Source: an uncultured virus (IMG/VR IMGVR_UViG_3300031992_000037)
Lineage: Duplodnaviria; Heunggongvirae; Uroviricota; Caudoviricetes
IMG/VR virus record: IMGVR_UViG_3300031992_000037
Strand: one strand, 5' to 3'
DNA length: 55,361 bases
In this document: piece after piece, positions 1-12,080 of the stretch
How positions within the stretch are numbered: the stretch's first letter is position 1
Layout: every line of letters starts with the position of its first letter
The notes under the pieces: model-generated
Database searches by the model: none
Told to the model about the DNA's origin: nothing
Seen by the model: the letters and a program-made list of their open reading frames with translations, nothing else
Position numbers and translations under genes: made by a program

Positions 1-2436
1 TTCCTATCTCTACCAATCAGACGGGCAATAAAGTAAAGCCTCCTCAGGTTCCAATGTTGTAATTGCGACAGGATGATATTCTCCCCACTAATTAAGTGTT
101 ATTGTATAAGTTCCGCCATAAGGAAGTGAGAAATATTGTTTATTAAGATCATTATTAATATCCCACTTTAAATCTGGATAATCTGAATCTACAACTTTAA
201 TTGCATCTGCTGGTATACCTTTATTGCTTTCTTCTGCATCTTTAATTAAGTAAAAAGTTATTTTAATTAACTTCTTATTAAAAATAAGATATATTGTTGG
301 ATTCTTATCATATATTGTGACAGAAGCACCATCACGTATTAAGCCAGTCTAACTTCCATAATTTTCAAACACCCATCCATCACGTCTTGAAATTTTATAA
401 GATGTTAAATCTATAGGTACTCCATATGGTATATCTGGTACAGATATTGAAACTTGATCTGAGCCATATTGTTGATATATAGTTAATGCATATTTTATAG
501 TTTCAAAATATATATTAACAGTAGTGTCTCCAAGCAATTCCACTGAGTCTAAAACGGATTTATCAGTAGACCTTGGACCATCATTAATCTATACGGAATC
601 GAATCTTAATTTTAAACCACCTGCGTGATCATCCCAAGTAATGCTACCAATGCCACCCTAAACCATACGTCCATTATAGGTAGCACTAACATCATTATTT
701 GAGTCTTCTTTGTTATCAATATAGCATTTTATAGTAAGTGTTACGGAGTTTTGGTCAGATTCTACTACAATTGTATGATCTTCTTCAATTTTAAAGGTGT
801 ATAAATAAGTAGAGCTATCAACCATAGTATAATTATTTTCATTTACAGAATCCTAATTATCCACAAAACTAGAAATGCCGTATCCAGAGCGTGGTCTAAA
901 GTAACATTTAACTTCCTCTAAGTACTAATAAGTAGACCCTAAAGCTAGATCTGTGATTATAAAATCCTCACCAGAAAATGACAGCTCAGTATTTATTCCA
1001 GAGAATGTTACCTAATATTCCTCAGGTGTTACAATGGCATATACAGTTATATCAGAATTTATATTAGAAATTGTAAAAGAATCATATGTACTTCCTCCAT
1101 ATCCCCACTTTTTAAAATTAAAATGAGGATCTATATTTAAATTCTATATAAAAGATGAATCTATAGTAATTTCATTCTTTGATATACCTGTAGTATAAGG
1201 TTCGCCATAGAGAACCGCGCCTTTATATTTAGATTCATAATCTTCACCAACAACTTCTACTGTAAGAGTGTATGTTTTTGGTTTTTCTTCTTGTGGTATT
1301 CTTACAACCAACCGCCCATCTTTAGTAATCTCTACTCCATAATATTCACCAGAAGCAGATTTGATATAAGATTTATCTGTCTCCCCACAAACTTTTGCAA
1401 GCCCAAGATTATTAGAATTGGCTTTTGGAACTGTAACACTATCTACGGTACTACTTTTATTGGATTGCAGATTTATTTTAAATCCATCATTTAAAGACTC
1501 TTCTGATAAATCATATGTTGGGGCTTCTTTCTACTCGGGAATTGTTATAAATGCACCTTTTCGAATACCGCCCAGAGATAAGTAATACTATCTAGTATCT
1601 TTTTTTTGTTCTATGGTATAATCCTAATCCGAACCTGAATTACCTATATAAAATGATTTTGAATATTTGTCTTTAGTAATGGTTAATCTTTTAAGTGTAC
1701 TTCCATCCTCTAAAGATTCGGCATCAACATCTAAAGGCCAAGCAATTGCATCTACTACTGTATCACCTCTTTTAAGAACTATCCCATTTTTAATACCAAC
1801 ACTCTTATCAAGGTCTGCTGTATAATTACCGTCCGCATCAACTGAAAAAGGTTGCTCTTTTAAATGATACTCTGGTATATAAAACTCCCCAACATTAACT
1901 TCATCTTTGAGTAATGTTACATGGGTGTTATTTTCATCTGATGTTACGTCTAAAGTGTAATTTGGAATATTCTATACCTCAGGTAATGGGATTTCAACTT
2001 GGTGGGCAAAATCATCGGTTGTAAAAATAGTTAAGATTCCCTGGTCAAATTCCAGACGTTTGATCTTAGTATCTTTAAAAAATGCCTCACCAGCTGGGGA
2101 CTCGTTTCCATCTAAATCTCTTCTGACTAATCTAACCCCATTATCACCGGATTTTATAGCTGGTTCTAATTTATACTAACTGCTATTTATAACGAGGGTT
2201 GTTTCTCCAGTAGCTGCGCATATTACTTTTCTAAGTGCTTCAATAAGGACCCTGAAATCTTCTTTCTAATAATATTTAGGATCAGAATCGAATCTAATAA
2301 GAAGTTCTTCAAGTAATTCGCCCAACTCCTATTGTGAAGGATTGATAAGATGCTCATTTCTCGGTTCACATATGTCTAATCCCCTAACAACCGAGCAATC
2401 ATTTATAGCAACCGATTTGTCTATATTAGTATTCAT
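1..2436 (-). CDS. Large putative structural/tail protein with Ig-like (InlB B-repeat-like) segments; 3' end outside window; TAG=Gln
   Basis: ATG at 2436. In the stretches read by hand the frame is interrupted only by TAG, and it includes track ORF 349..543. Beta-rich segments such as 'FRPRSGYGISSF' and 'HFNFKKWGY...DITVYA'. Confidence 0.7.
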
Positions 2437-2446
2437 TTTAAAAATC

Positions 2447-3112
2447 TTAAACGTTTTTATAATCAAGTATTGTTGAAATCTTTTGAGTCTTTCTAATCAA
2501 CTCCTTAAGTATCTTTCGCTCAGGAAGATCAACCGACCCCTTAAAAGCAAGCATTAAAAATCCGATCTAATCATTAACCCCTTCCAGACTACAAAAAACA
2601 ACCTAAGTCATTCCATCTCCAGCCAATTCTCTATATAATCCCGGGAAAGTTGTCTATAATTCAGATATATCTTTTATTATATATATGACTTGTTTATCCA
2701 ACTCATTTATAAAATCTGGAATAGATGAAACCATAATATTATCCAAATCCTTACTAAGTTCATCAACTCCTAATTTATTTCTCTATATAACCAGTGAAAT
2801 ATGTAAGAATGGGAGTCCAGTTAAATTATAACCTCCATTATGATATTCAAAGATGGCTATACGATCCCCATCGAATTTATTCATAATCTCAGTAAGAAGT
2901 CTATTTATTTTAAATATTGAATCTTTTCTAAGTTTGCGAGCTCCTCGCTTATGTGTCTCAAACTTACCATCTAAAAGAGTTTGAGTTAGAGATTCTACTA
3001 GTTTATCTCCAAATTTAAATAATAATAATAAAAAAATAATTAGAATAGCCCCAGCTATTCCAAATTGTTCTAAAGCCTAAATAATAAAACCACCTATCTA
3101 ACTTATATCCAT
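2447..3112 (-). CDS. Putative holin, T4 T-like (N-terminal TM plus soluble domain with FEYHNG motif), 221 aa with TAG=Gln
   Basis: Starts MDISQIGGFIIQALEQFGIAGAILIIFLLLF, contains DRIAIFEYHNGGYNLTGLPF, ends ISTILDYKNV then TAA; next to the endolysin. Confidence 0.65.
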
Positions 3113-3253
3113 ATCTAAAAATTAATAGTTAAATTACTAAACCATTAATCCATATTAATCATGGTACAAATATAATAGATTTTCGATATATAAAAAACAA
3201 ACAGACGAAATTCAGTAATTCTGAATATCATCTGCTTGCCATTGTTTAAACCA

Positions 3254-3400
3254 TTAAATTTCAACCGAAAGTAAGTTAATTTCATCAATTAAGTCGAGTA
3301 TGTTCGTGTTAATTAATGTTTGATTAGATTTAAGTTGATTTATTACACACTCAAAATTGTTTTTTATTAACTCTAATTTTCCAATAATATTGTCAGACAT
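3254..3400 (-). CDS. Small hypothetical protein (48 aa)
   Basis: ATG overlaps the endolysin stop region; MSDNIIGKLELIKNNFECVINQ... Confidence 0.35.
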   Translation of the reverse strand: MSDNIIGKLELIKNNFECVINQLKSNQTLINTNILDLIDEINLLSVEI

Positions 3401-3875
3401 TTCCAGTAATTTTTAGAATAATTTGTTCACCTCTATTTTTTGCCGGTATTAAGTAATTATCCATTAAATCATAAAATGTTTTAACACTTTCCAAAACCTT
3501 TCCAACTGCTGTATTTTTCCCAACTATAATACAACCTAAAGAATCCGATGCAGAATTTCCAGTATGTATTAAAACACCTTCAAAACCAGGAACTCCTAAA
3601 AGTCTTGGGATTTTAGAATCATATTTCTTTGCCCATTTATATTTAAATGGATTACTATACTTTTTACTAACAGTGTTCATATCTAATACATAAGTTCCAT
3701 ATGGAATAGCTGTCTCTCCATAAACCTTTCTCTTTTTTACTTCCTATAAAGGCATAGACTAGACCAATCCTCTATCTGTATCTTCAACCGTATCACAAAC
3801 GTATTTTCCATTAATAAATAATTTACCAATAGTATAGGTCGGTTTCTTAAACAGTCTTTTTAACTCCGCTATCAT
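3393..3875 (-). CDS. DUF5675-family putative endolysin, 160 aa with two TAG=Gln
   Basis: Extends track ORF 3393..3680 upstream through TAGs: MIAELKRLFKKPTYTIGKLFINGKYVCDTVEDTDRGLV(Q)SMPL(Q)EVKKRKVYGETAIPYG...GFEGVLIHTGN...DSLGCIIVG. Confidence 0.85.
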
Positions 3876-4146
3876 CTTTTTTAGTTTTTCTTCCAACTTT
3901 TTTTAAAGGCTTTGGGGAAAGTTGTTTAGCTGCTGCAATAACCTCTTCTAGGCTAGTATAAACATATGGAGATGCCTGTGTAGTATCATGCAATACAACG
4001 ACCCCATTTTTTACTGTGTATACTTTATTTAATGTCTCCTTAAAAAATCTAATTGGAGATTCTTTAATATTATCCGAAACTGCGGATCTAAAAGTTGGAC
4101 TTTCCCAACATTTTCTAACAATAAAATCAATAAATTTCTTTTTCAT
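3847..4146 (-). CDS. Hypothetical basic protein
   Basis: Track ORF, overlapping both neighbours. Confidence 0.65.
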   Translation of the reverse strand: MKKKFIDFIVRKCWESPTFRSAVSDNIKESPIRFFKETLNKVYTVKNGVVVLHDTTQASPYVYTSLEEVIAAAKQLSPKPLKKVGRKTKKDDSGVKKTV

Positions 4147-4436
4147 TTTTCCTTATTTACATTATAAAATTTTTTTAATTTTTCTAAATCTTCTTGATTA
4201 TATGCACATAATACAGTATTAACATTAAGCCTATATGTGTGTGTATATGGCATCTAATCATAATAATTTGGTTTCTCCTTAATAGGAATTCCTAAGTATT
4301 TATTTAATTCCAAATCCAAATTACTTATATCCTCAACTTCTTTAATTATTTTTGCATCAGGATATTTATTTTTAAGATTTTTAATATTTGGATAAGCTCT
4401 AACACAGCCATTTAATTCATATAAACATCCAACCAT
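4143..4436 (-). CDS. Hypothetical protein, 97 aa with TAG=Gln
   Basis: Reading through TAG at 4254 extends the ORF to a TGA that forms an ATGA overlap with the next start (4143-4146). Confidence 0.7.
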
Positions 4437-4455
4437 CTGATAATCAATTAATTAG

Positions 4456-4528
4456 TTGCCCTGAATGGATTCGAACCATTTCCCCAGCTTTTAGAGAGCC
4501 ATCAACTAACCATTATTATGACAGGGCA
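4456..4528 (-). tRNA. Amber suppressor tRNA (anticodon CUA), Gln-like acceptor stem
   Basis: TGCCCTG-TC-ATAATAATGGTTAGTTGA-TGGCT-CT[CTA]AA-AGCTG-GGGA-AATGG-TTCGAAT-CCATT-CAGGGCA-A. Anticodon at 4492-4494; U1-A72 pair as in tRNA-Gln. Confidence 0.9.
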
Positions 4529-4551
4529 ATAAACCGCCTAAGCGGTTTATA

Positions 4552-5139
4552 TTAAAATTTAGCTTTCAAGATATTATCATGAAGTTCAAACTCAACATTG
4601 TGCATTTTAAGCAGTTCTAGTATAACTGCTGAGAGAAGCTCAGAATCAGAGATTTCTACTGGTTTATTGAGTTCCAACTCCTTTAAAACATCTTCCACTG
4701 AACGCCCCTCCTTAGGAGATTCCTTCTGAGGACAGTATTCTTTTGGGCATTCTTTAACCTCTTCAGTATCTAGAGCATCAAGAAATGCGTATATAAGTTT
4801 CTCAATATCTTTTGCTTCCTTATCTACCTTATTAGGATATTCTTCCGTCTGGTGTTCTGTACAAGTAATTTCTTTAAGAGTTTTTGTTAAAAACTCCTTT
4901 GCCGGTTCGACATCATTCCAAATAGGATCAACCTTATCATCTAAAAAATAACAGGTTAATAACTGCACTGCAGCTTTAAAGTTTTCCAAATCTTTCTCAG
5001 TTTTTCCGATAGCTTGTAAGAAGGCCCCAACACCATGATTGAAAATAAATTCCTTCTCCTCATCTGAGAACTCGCACATTAGTTCATTTTCAAGAGTTTC
5101 AATTTGATTTAATTTAGCAACTGCTTCACAAAATTCCAT
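4552..5139 (-). CDS. Acidic hypothetical protein (TAG-free)
   Basis: 195-aa track ORF downstream of a TAnnTTTG promoter motif. Confidence 0.8.
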   Translation of the reverse strand: MEFCEAVAKLNQIETLENELMCEFSDEEKEFIFNHGVGAFLQAIGKTEKDLENFKAAVQLLTCYFLDDKVDPIWNDVEPAKEFLTKTLKEITCTEHQTEEYPNKVDKEAKDIEKLIYAFLDALDTEEVKECPKEYCPQKESPKEGRSVEDVLKELELNKPVEISDSELLSAVILELLKMHNVEFELHDNILKAKF

Positions 5140-5249
5140 AAATTTTTAAAATTTTTAATTATTGATTCTTTTAAAACATTAACATTTAACACTAACCACA
5201 TCCATATGGCAATTATACATTTTTTCATATCACTTCATCTTTTGTAATA

Positions 5250-5257
5250 CAAAGTTA
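5250..5257 (-). promoter_or_regulatory. Bacteroidota housekeeping-type -7 promoter element TAnnTTTG (representative copy)
   Basis: TAACTTTG. The same motif lies in intergenic gaps upstream of minus-strand genes at 3167, 8205, 17499, 20119, 25206, 26285 and 34834. Confidence 0.65.
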
Positions 5258-5351
5258 CTACTTTTTTTATAAAATAAATTATCTTTTTTAAAATTTTTCC
5301 ACTAAAATATATAACAACAGGAGAGAATTATATAATCCCCTCCTGTAACAA

Positions 5352-5813
5352 TTAATCTTTAAATTTCATCTTCATCTTACTGTAGTTATTAAAATTAATA
5401 ATAAGATTAGCCCTACAATGTTCGCACATAAACTATTTAGCAACTGAAAACATTTCTTTGCCTATCTCTCCCTATAAATATTGAAAATCTTCACTATACG
5501 GATCAATTTTATAATACTCTGCAATATGTATTGCAGCATGTCCTTTTTCATGATCATAAGTATTGACAAACTCCTAGGTAGAATCTGTTAATCCAATCAC
5601 TATAAATGTAACATGCTTTTCTGCATCTGTATAAGTAAATCCAGTATTTAACTCGTAATTTCTAAGCATACTCTCTACCCGATTAAATGTTTTTTCCGGG
5701 CAATCGATACTACTTAATTCATCTAATATCTCATCTGTATAATAAGTAGTTACAGCATAGAAAATTTTAATAAGCCAATCATATTCTTCTAAATATATAA
5801 CCTAAACTATCAT
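5352..5813 (-). CDS. HExxH zincin-like protein of a conserved Bacteroidota phage cassette, 153 aa with TAG=Gln
   Basis: MIV(Q)VIYLEEYDWLIKIFYAV...NTGFTY...NTYDHEKGHAA...IDPYSE...MCEHCR; ATGA overlap with the upstream gene. Confidence 0.8.
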
Positions 5814-6217
5814 AACATATCTGACCATATTATTGGAGTTCCAGACGCTATACAATCAGCATAATACCTTGTAAAAGGCATCCCATCAGGAGCATCTGGA
5901 TCATCACAATAATCTTTTATAAATTTTGCTAAATGGACATCATCAGAGATAGATGATCCAAGAAAATCTGCTTTAGCCATATTTGCTACATAGATATAAT
6001 CATAACCCTGTGAATTAGTTAACTTTATATTATACCTCTCCAGAAGCTAATCTACATCTTCTTTTGTATATGGCTTAATAAATTCCTTCCTACCATTTAT
6101 ATCTTTATACATTTTGGAGCAGGCCCATTCGCACATCTTTTTACTAAAATGCCACCCATAGAATTCCAGATACTGCTCCATATCCTATGGGAAGGCATTT
6201 CTTATATCTAACCTCAT
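5810..6217 (-). CDS. Conserved Bacteroidota phage hypothetical protein, 135 aa with TAG=Gln
   Basis: MRLDIRNAFP(Q)DMEQYLEFYGWHFSKKMCEWA...PIIWSDML; ATGA overlaps at both ends. Confidence 0.8.
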
Positions 6218-6393
6218 AATCTACTACCCATTCTACGAGACATTCGACTACGCTCTCCATAATCAAATTCTTTCATAGCATCTTCATAGCCGTCTTCATA
6301 ACCACACTCATAGGCCTCAGAATCTTGTTTATAATTCATTCTACGGCCATAACGCTGTCCATCAAGCTCTCTAAATTCCCATATTTTATTCAT
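6214..6393 (-). CDS. Small Arg/Gly/Tyr-rich hypothetical protein (59 aa)
   Basis: MNKIWEFRE...EAYECGYEDGYEDAM...; overlaps both neighbours. Confidence 0.7.
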   Translation of the reverse strand: MNKIWEFRELDGQRYGRRMNYKQDSEAYECGYEDGYEDAMKEFDYGERSRMSRRMGSRL

Positions 6394-6925
6394 TATTTTG
6401 TCCCTTTCTATTTAATTGTTCCATCAACTATCGATTCATTTCCATTAGATCTGATACATTTTTAGTAACATTAGAAAGCTAAGACTTCAATTCATCCATT
6501 TCAAGTTGATGTTGCTGTTTATCTGCATACTCAGGATTTAGGTTCTTAAGAACATTATCACACCCCGCAATAATATTCTTATGCATATCAACGCTATTTA
6601 TTGCATCTATACTTATCTATTTATAAGCATAAACTTCAGCGTTCATTGCATCTCTATTATCAGATATTACAACATTTTCACCATTGCAGAATGTGTCCGC
6701 AGTGTCCAGGTTTACTGGGATGCTGTTAAAATTTAATATCCGATCATTTACTTTGACAACTAAATCAATTACCATTTCCTAAGGCTGCAGATATGGAGGC
6801 ATCTACTAATTATATGGTTTTGGTTTAGCTATAGGTGCATTTGTAACTATACCACGTTCTAATGTTGGGTTTGCACCCTTTTTAAATATATAAATCTAAC
6901 TATTTTGTCTAAGTGATTGAAACAT
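6386..6925 (-). CDS. Conserved hypothetical protein with C-terminal coiled coil, 179 aa with TAG=Gln
   Basis: MFQSLRQNS(Q)IYIFKKG...YLQP(Q)EMVIDLVVKVN...; TAA at 6386. Confidence 0.8.
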
Positions 6926-6936
6926 AATTAATAAAT

Positions 6937-7272
6937 TTAAACTGTTCCTGTTAATACTTGAAGTATATTATTTAAACGGTTATAATATAATAGATATATT
7001 CCGCTACCTGCCACATCGGCAACCGTCCAATTAGATCCACCATAAGTTGTAACATTCTATTCATATCCATTCATAGAAAATACAATTGGTAAGGTAGTTG
7101 TGGTGCCCTCAGGTATAGTTTCATTTAAACGAACTAAAATCAATCCTCTATATGGAACATTTGGATTAAACGAAGTTCTTAAATTAACTACAACTGAAGA
7201 AGCACCAACACTTATACCTGTGGAGTCTAATGTAGCGATACCATTCCTATTTACAGAATTATCAAACCACAT
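6937..7272 (-). CDS. Conserved hypothetical beta-rich protein, 111 aa with TAG=Gln
   Basis: Track ORF 7057..7272 continues through TAG to ...GSGIYLLYYNRLNNILQVLTGTV then TAA. Confidence 0.8.
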
Positions 7273-7287
7273 AATCCCACTCCTTTC

Positions 7288-8148
7288 TTAATACCAATAA
7301 CCGTTGCCGAAGTATGGATTATATCCATTCCCATAAACTGAAGATGCGGGCATAGCCACAAGGTTTGGATATTGTACCGTTACTGTAGCGGGCTGAGCTG
7401 CTTTAATAGAATTAACCTCTGAAGCAATTGGATTAACCAAATTAGATACAAACGCTTCAATCTGTGCAGTTTGACTTGCATTATCTATCTAACTACGAAG
7501 AGATGTGTTTGCAGCTGTAAGAGCATCAATCTTATTCTACAACTCACGTTCCTTCAAATCACAGAACTCTTTGGTAATTAAGGTAGTCTATGCGGCTATT
7601 GCATCAGTAATACTTCTGGTGTTTCTATCTGCCTGTGAGCCCAATTGATTGGTTTGTTCTATTGTAGCTATTCTAGACTCATAACCCTATTGAGTAGTTA
7701 AAAGTCTATTTTCGCAGCAACATTCACACAACTGACGCTCCAGTGAAGCATTACCAGACTGTATTGAATTAATTACCTATAAACCACTCATACCAACCTA
7801 AGAACCAACAGTAGCTAAGCCTGTACTCAAAGTACTCAAAGCCGATTGGATTGAGTTAATATCAGTATGTAAAGTAGATGAAAGGGTTGATATGGCTTTA
7901 TCATTTCCATTAATACCCTAAATTATCAAATCTCTAGTGGCATCTCCATTAGCCCAAGTAGCAGCACCATTACCGCCACCAAAACCTCCGAAGCCATTAC
8001 CTCCCCAGAGTCCACCAAATAAAATACCTGCAAGGAAACCAAGTATACCGCCTCCCCAGCCATTACCACCAAATCCATTATTTGCAAATGCATACGGTAA
8101 CATAGAGTTGGCGTCTTGTCCAAATACATAAGTTTTTTCTTCTGCCAT
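7288..8148 (-). CDS. Gly-rich TM plus Gln-rich coiled-coil protein with CECCC motif, 286 aa with TAG=Gln
   Basis: Track ORF 7918..8148 continues as ...VGS(Q)VGMSGL(Q)VINSIQSGNASLERQLCECCCENRL...GNGYWY. This is the first gene of the 5352-8148 cassette. Confidence 0.85.
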
Positions 8149-8327
8149 TGTAATAAAATAAAAAAAAGTTAAACATATGAGACGTCTCGATTGTAATTAC
8201 AATGCAAAAGTACTATATATTCCATCAATTTAAGAACTGTTCTAAAGATATTAATATATAAAAAAATAAGAGAACCACCTTACGATGATTCTCTTATTTC
8301 GGAAAAATTCAACACGTTATGCTTCTA

Positions 8328-8675
8328 TTATATTGGTCTAAGATCCTAATAGGTCAGTTCCCAGGCATCTTTACCATTAAGTATCTGCCAATCAAATACT
8401 TGCTGCGGTAAATTTACATTGGTATATAAATCAGACTCTTTATGTTTTTCAACATAGAATTCACAATTATCTAAAATATAATTTTCTGCTAATTGTTTTA
8501 ATGTTGATAGAGTATCTTCATCTTTCTATAAATACTAGGCCCAATCAAGCATATCTTTTATAATAGCTAAATATAAAGCCTTTTTAAAGATCGATTTATC
8601 ACCCTAAGCAAATAAACACATCTGCTGCATATTTGCCTATACCGTTTTATATATTGATTTATTAATGTTTATCAT
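8328..8675 (-). CDS. Hypothetical protein, 115 aa with TAG=Gln
   Basis: MININKSIYKTV(Q)ANMQQM...YTNVNLPQQVFDW...; ATGA overlap with the upstream gene. Confidence 0.7.
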
Positions 8676-9319
8676 TTGTTACAACCACATAAATTAGGTT
8701 TTGGTTTTGGTTCTTCCGGCTATTTACAACCACAATTATCGGGCGGAGTTCCTTTGGCGCATGAACATCTAGACGGTTTTTGACAACAATTTGCAAATTG
8801 TTTAGCTATATATTTAAAAAAGTATTTAGCAGAATCAATATCACGCTCATACATAGCCGCAGTGTGCCCATATAAAAGCATATAATTTCTTATAGCATCA
8901 TCAGATATGGGATCACATTTTCCTGGTTTTGTTATTGCATCAAATAATAAATCATAAACTCCATTTATATCTGAAACTAATGCAGTATCCTCAATATCTG
9001 GAGAATATCCTTCATCTGGACTATCTGAGTGCGCATATAAGGTTATTGTGTACATAGCTGGAATATGGTTGCCTAAACACTCAACTGGAATCTTTAAAGT
9101 CCATTCAGACTATTCCTATCCATCAAATTTAGTAAACTCATATCTATCATCTCTATTTTTGAAATTTTTACAATCCTCAAGATATGAGACATTTATTTGA
9201 ATTGAAGTCATGTGATAGCCGTTAGGAACATCAAAAATCAATTCGATATATTTACTATCATTAGAAACTCTTAAAAGTTCTATGTCTATATGTTTATTTT
9301 TAATACAAGGATCAGTCAT
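8672..9319 (-). CDS. Putative virion protein with Cys-rich C-terminus, 215 aa with TAG=Gln
   Basis: Track ORFs 9116..9325 and 8720..9055 share a frame and join through TAG; ends NLCGCNK then TGA. Confidence 0.75.
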
Positions 9320-9587
9320 TGTCAAACTCCTCCGGATGTTTTACAGTTATTTTACTAGCAAGACCCAAACCAAAACAAAATACTATAATATATCCACATA
9401 CTGTAAATAACGCCGGACTTACAGAATAAGTATTTTGAAGGTCGAACATTTTATCAGCACCAATTACTGCTACTGCTGAAGTTCCCACCCATACACATAA
9501 GTGTAAAAGTTGACTCCAAAACTTAGACAGAGGCTCTTTCCACCTCTATCTAAGTTCTTTCCAAAATGAATATTTTTTCTTTTTCAT
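9312..9587 (-). CDS. Two-TM membrane protein, holin-like (91 aa, TAG=Gln)
   Basis: MKKKKYSFWKELR(Q)RWKEPLSKFWSQLL followed by two hydrophobic helices. Confidence 0.6.
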
Positions 9588-9588
9588 A

Positions 9589-11808
9589 TTAGTATTTTTT
9601 ATCGAGAACTTCATCATTCTATTTACCATCATCTAAATAAACCTAAGCAAGTTCTATTTTATTCCGGTTTTTGATTAGTTCCAACTCCTATTCCTTTAAC
9701 TCTTTCTTAGCTTTGACCTCGTACCATTTGATATTCTGGTTCATCTAATTATCTTGCTATTCAATATTCAACTTACGCTCATTTAGCTGTGCAAGTTTCT
9801 TTGTAGATTGCTCTAATCTTGATTGCATCTACTACATATTTTGTTGTGCCTCCTATAATTGTTGAGCAAGTTGTTGTATCTAATCGTGTTCAAGTTTTTT
9901 CTCTTTTATAGATTTTCTAAGAGCATCGTACATTTCCGTAAGAGATTTAGATTGCATTACTAAAGCTACTATTTCAACATCTACCTAATCACTCTATGCT
10001 AATTGAATAGCCAATTGCCTGATTGACTCCTATTCTTTTATTAAATCAGCACTACCAGAAACATGAACATCATAATCAGTTTGGGAGTAATGTTCCGGTA
10101 AAAGTGTAAAAATCTGTTTTCTATTACCTAGAATAATCTAACCTGAAAGTCCATTTTTAAAAACTCTTCTGGCAACGTCTAAACTATCTGTTAACATTTC
10201 GGATACTAATGTATCCATAGCTTGATAATACTATTTGGTTATAATAAAAGATTGCTACATACCAACCTCAACATTAGCTACAGCATCTCTAGCTTGAATA
10301 CCTCCTAATCGCTCTCTAAATACTCCGGTAATAGAACTAGCAATCTCTTCAGTCATCTATATAGCCAATTGAATGGCCTATAGACTACCTAACTAAACAG
10401 TATCATCGTATCCATTAAAATAAGTATTTGCCATCTAGCCTTCCTAAGAAGAATCGAATATAGATAATCCAGATTTTCTATAGGCCAAATATTTAGCAAG
10501 TCTCTCCTCAACATCGTCACCTAAAACTGTCGGTAAAAATGATAGATCAACATGAGCTCCACGAGGTCCGGATAGTGCAATAGTGTTATCTTTATAGAAA
10601 AGAAGTAAATCGTAAGAATCTTGTAAATAAGCGGTTGCAAGCATTAAGGAGTATGGGGACCCATGCCCATCAGTATAATATATACCATTTATATTTAATC
10701 TAACCTCATTTGGTGCATCCATATCTCTGACGACATGTTTATCCTCTCCCCGTAATATATACATATCAGAGCCTATTCTTACAACCTCATATCTATTACC
10801 TTTAATTTTGCCGGACTTATCTTTAACCCAATCAATCCACTCCACTTCATATACTGGAATTAAATCCCACTTCTAATTATAATCACCACCTTCAGGATGC
10901 ACCCCAACACCATCAACTACACCAGGATTATGATAATCACCACATCTAGCACCTAAAGATTTAACCAAAATAAAGTTGCTATGATAGTCTCCTCTATCAA
11001 TGTATTGATCATCAATTCTATCTATATCGTCCTGGGACATTTCCTCACCATATTTAATAAGGATCTCTTCTTTAGTCATCCATTTACGAACAACGGCACG
11101 ATATCCATTTTTTATATATTTACTTTTTGGATCTTTATCAACAAAAACATTAATTGGATCCTCAATTTCTATTTTAAAATTGGTTCCTGCAGAAGTTGGA
11201 ATAACTTTATAATAGGCCTCCCCAGAAATGAACAAATCTAATAAAATTTGTTGAAGTTTATTTTTAAAATCTATCTTTCTGGACTACATTATGTATTGAA
11301 CAATATCCTATCCAGCTATTTCATAATTAGATATAAAGTTTAAATCCACAGATTCCTTTATATCATCTAATTGCTGTTGAATAGTTTGATCAACTATTTT
11401 CTGATCCTGCTGTTTGGGTCCAGATAATGCCTAATATATAGAATTTTCTAAAAATTTAGAAAGCCAGTCATGAATCTCTTTAGATAACATTAACTATTTC
11501 TCTCTAAAAATTTTAGACAAAGTCCCCTAATCTTTACAAGATATTTTAGGTCTAATTTCTGTTGTCAAGTATTCACCTACAAGTGCATCTATATGTTTTC
11601 TAATTAGCGGAGTGAATGACATTGAAGTAGGATTTCCAACTCCCTCATTTTTTTCGAGGTTTTCGTATTGGTAATGATCTCGTTTTCCCTAATAATAATT
11701 ATAAGCTTTATATAGATGTTCTTTCTCCTTAACAAGATCCCCAATACAATAATCGGCCCACTCTATTAAATAATCATCAGATCCTTTCTTAAACTAAGAC
11801 TTCCACAT
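9589..11808 (-). CDS. Portal protein (crAss-like), about 739 aa with TAG=Gln
   Basis: Joins track ORFs 10873..11235 and 10444..10845. Motifs KAYNYY(Q)GKRD, FTPLIRKHIDALVGEY and SITGVFRERLGGIQARDAVANV, plus a Gln-rich C-terminal coil; downstream of terminase. Confidence 0.85.
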
Positions 11809-11810
11809 AA

Positions 11811-12080
11811 TTATAAATTACTATCATTTGCATGTAGAATAATCTACATATGTTGAGTTAAGTCTAATCGACTTTTTTTTAGTTGTTTTCTTATAAACTG
11901 CAAAAACTCTTCTTCGGTTTTACATTGTGTTGCATATATAATCCCACCATATTGTGGTCCATGAACATACAAAGTAGCCTGATACCAATCACCATCATGA
12001 GTTGCTTTTATCGGAACTTCACTTATACAATTATAAACCTCTTCAATTATGTCAGTTATTTTTTTCTCAAGTCCATCCAT
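11811..12080 (-). CDS. Hypothetical protein between terminase and portal (89 aa)
   Basis: Likely start MDGLEKK overlapping the TerL end; read through TAG at 11844 to TAA at 11811. Confidence 0.65.

Noticed and set aside
4400..4455. HDV-like (theta) ribozyme after the suppressor tRNA
   Set aside because: The 3' trailer is about 19 nt of AT-rich sequence running into an ORF. No nested double pseudoknot was seen there or after the other tRNAs.
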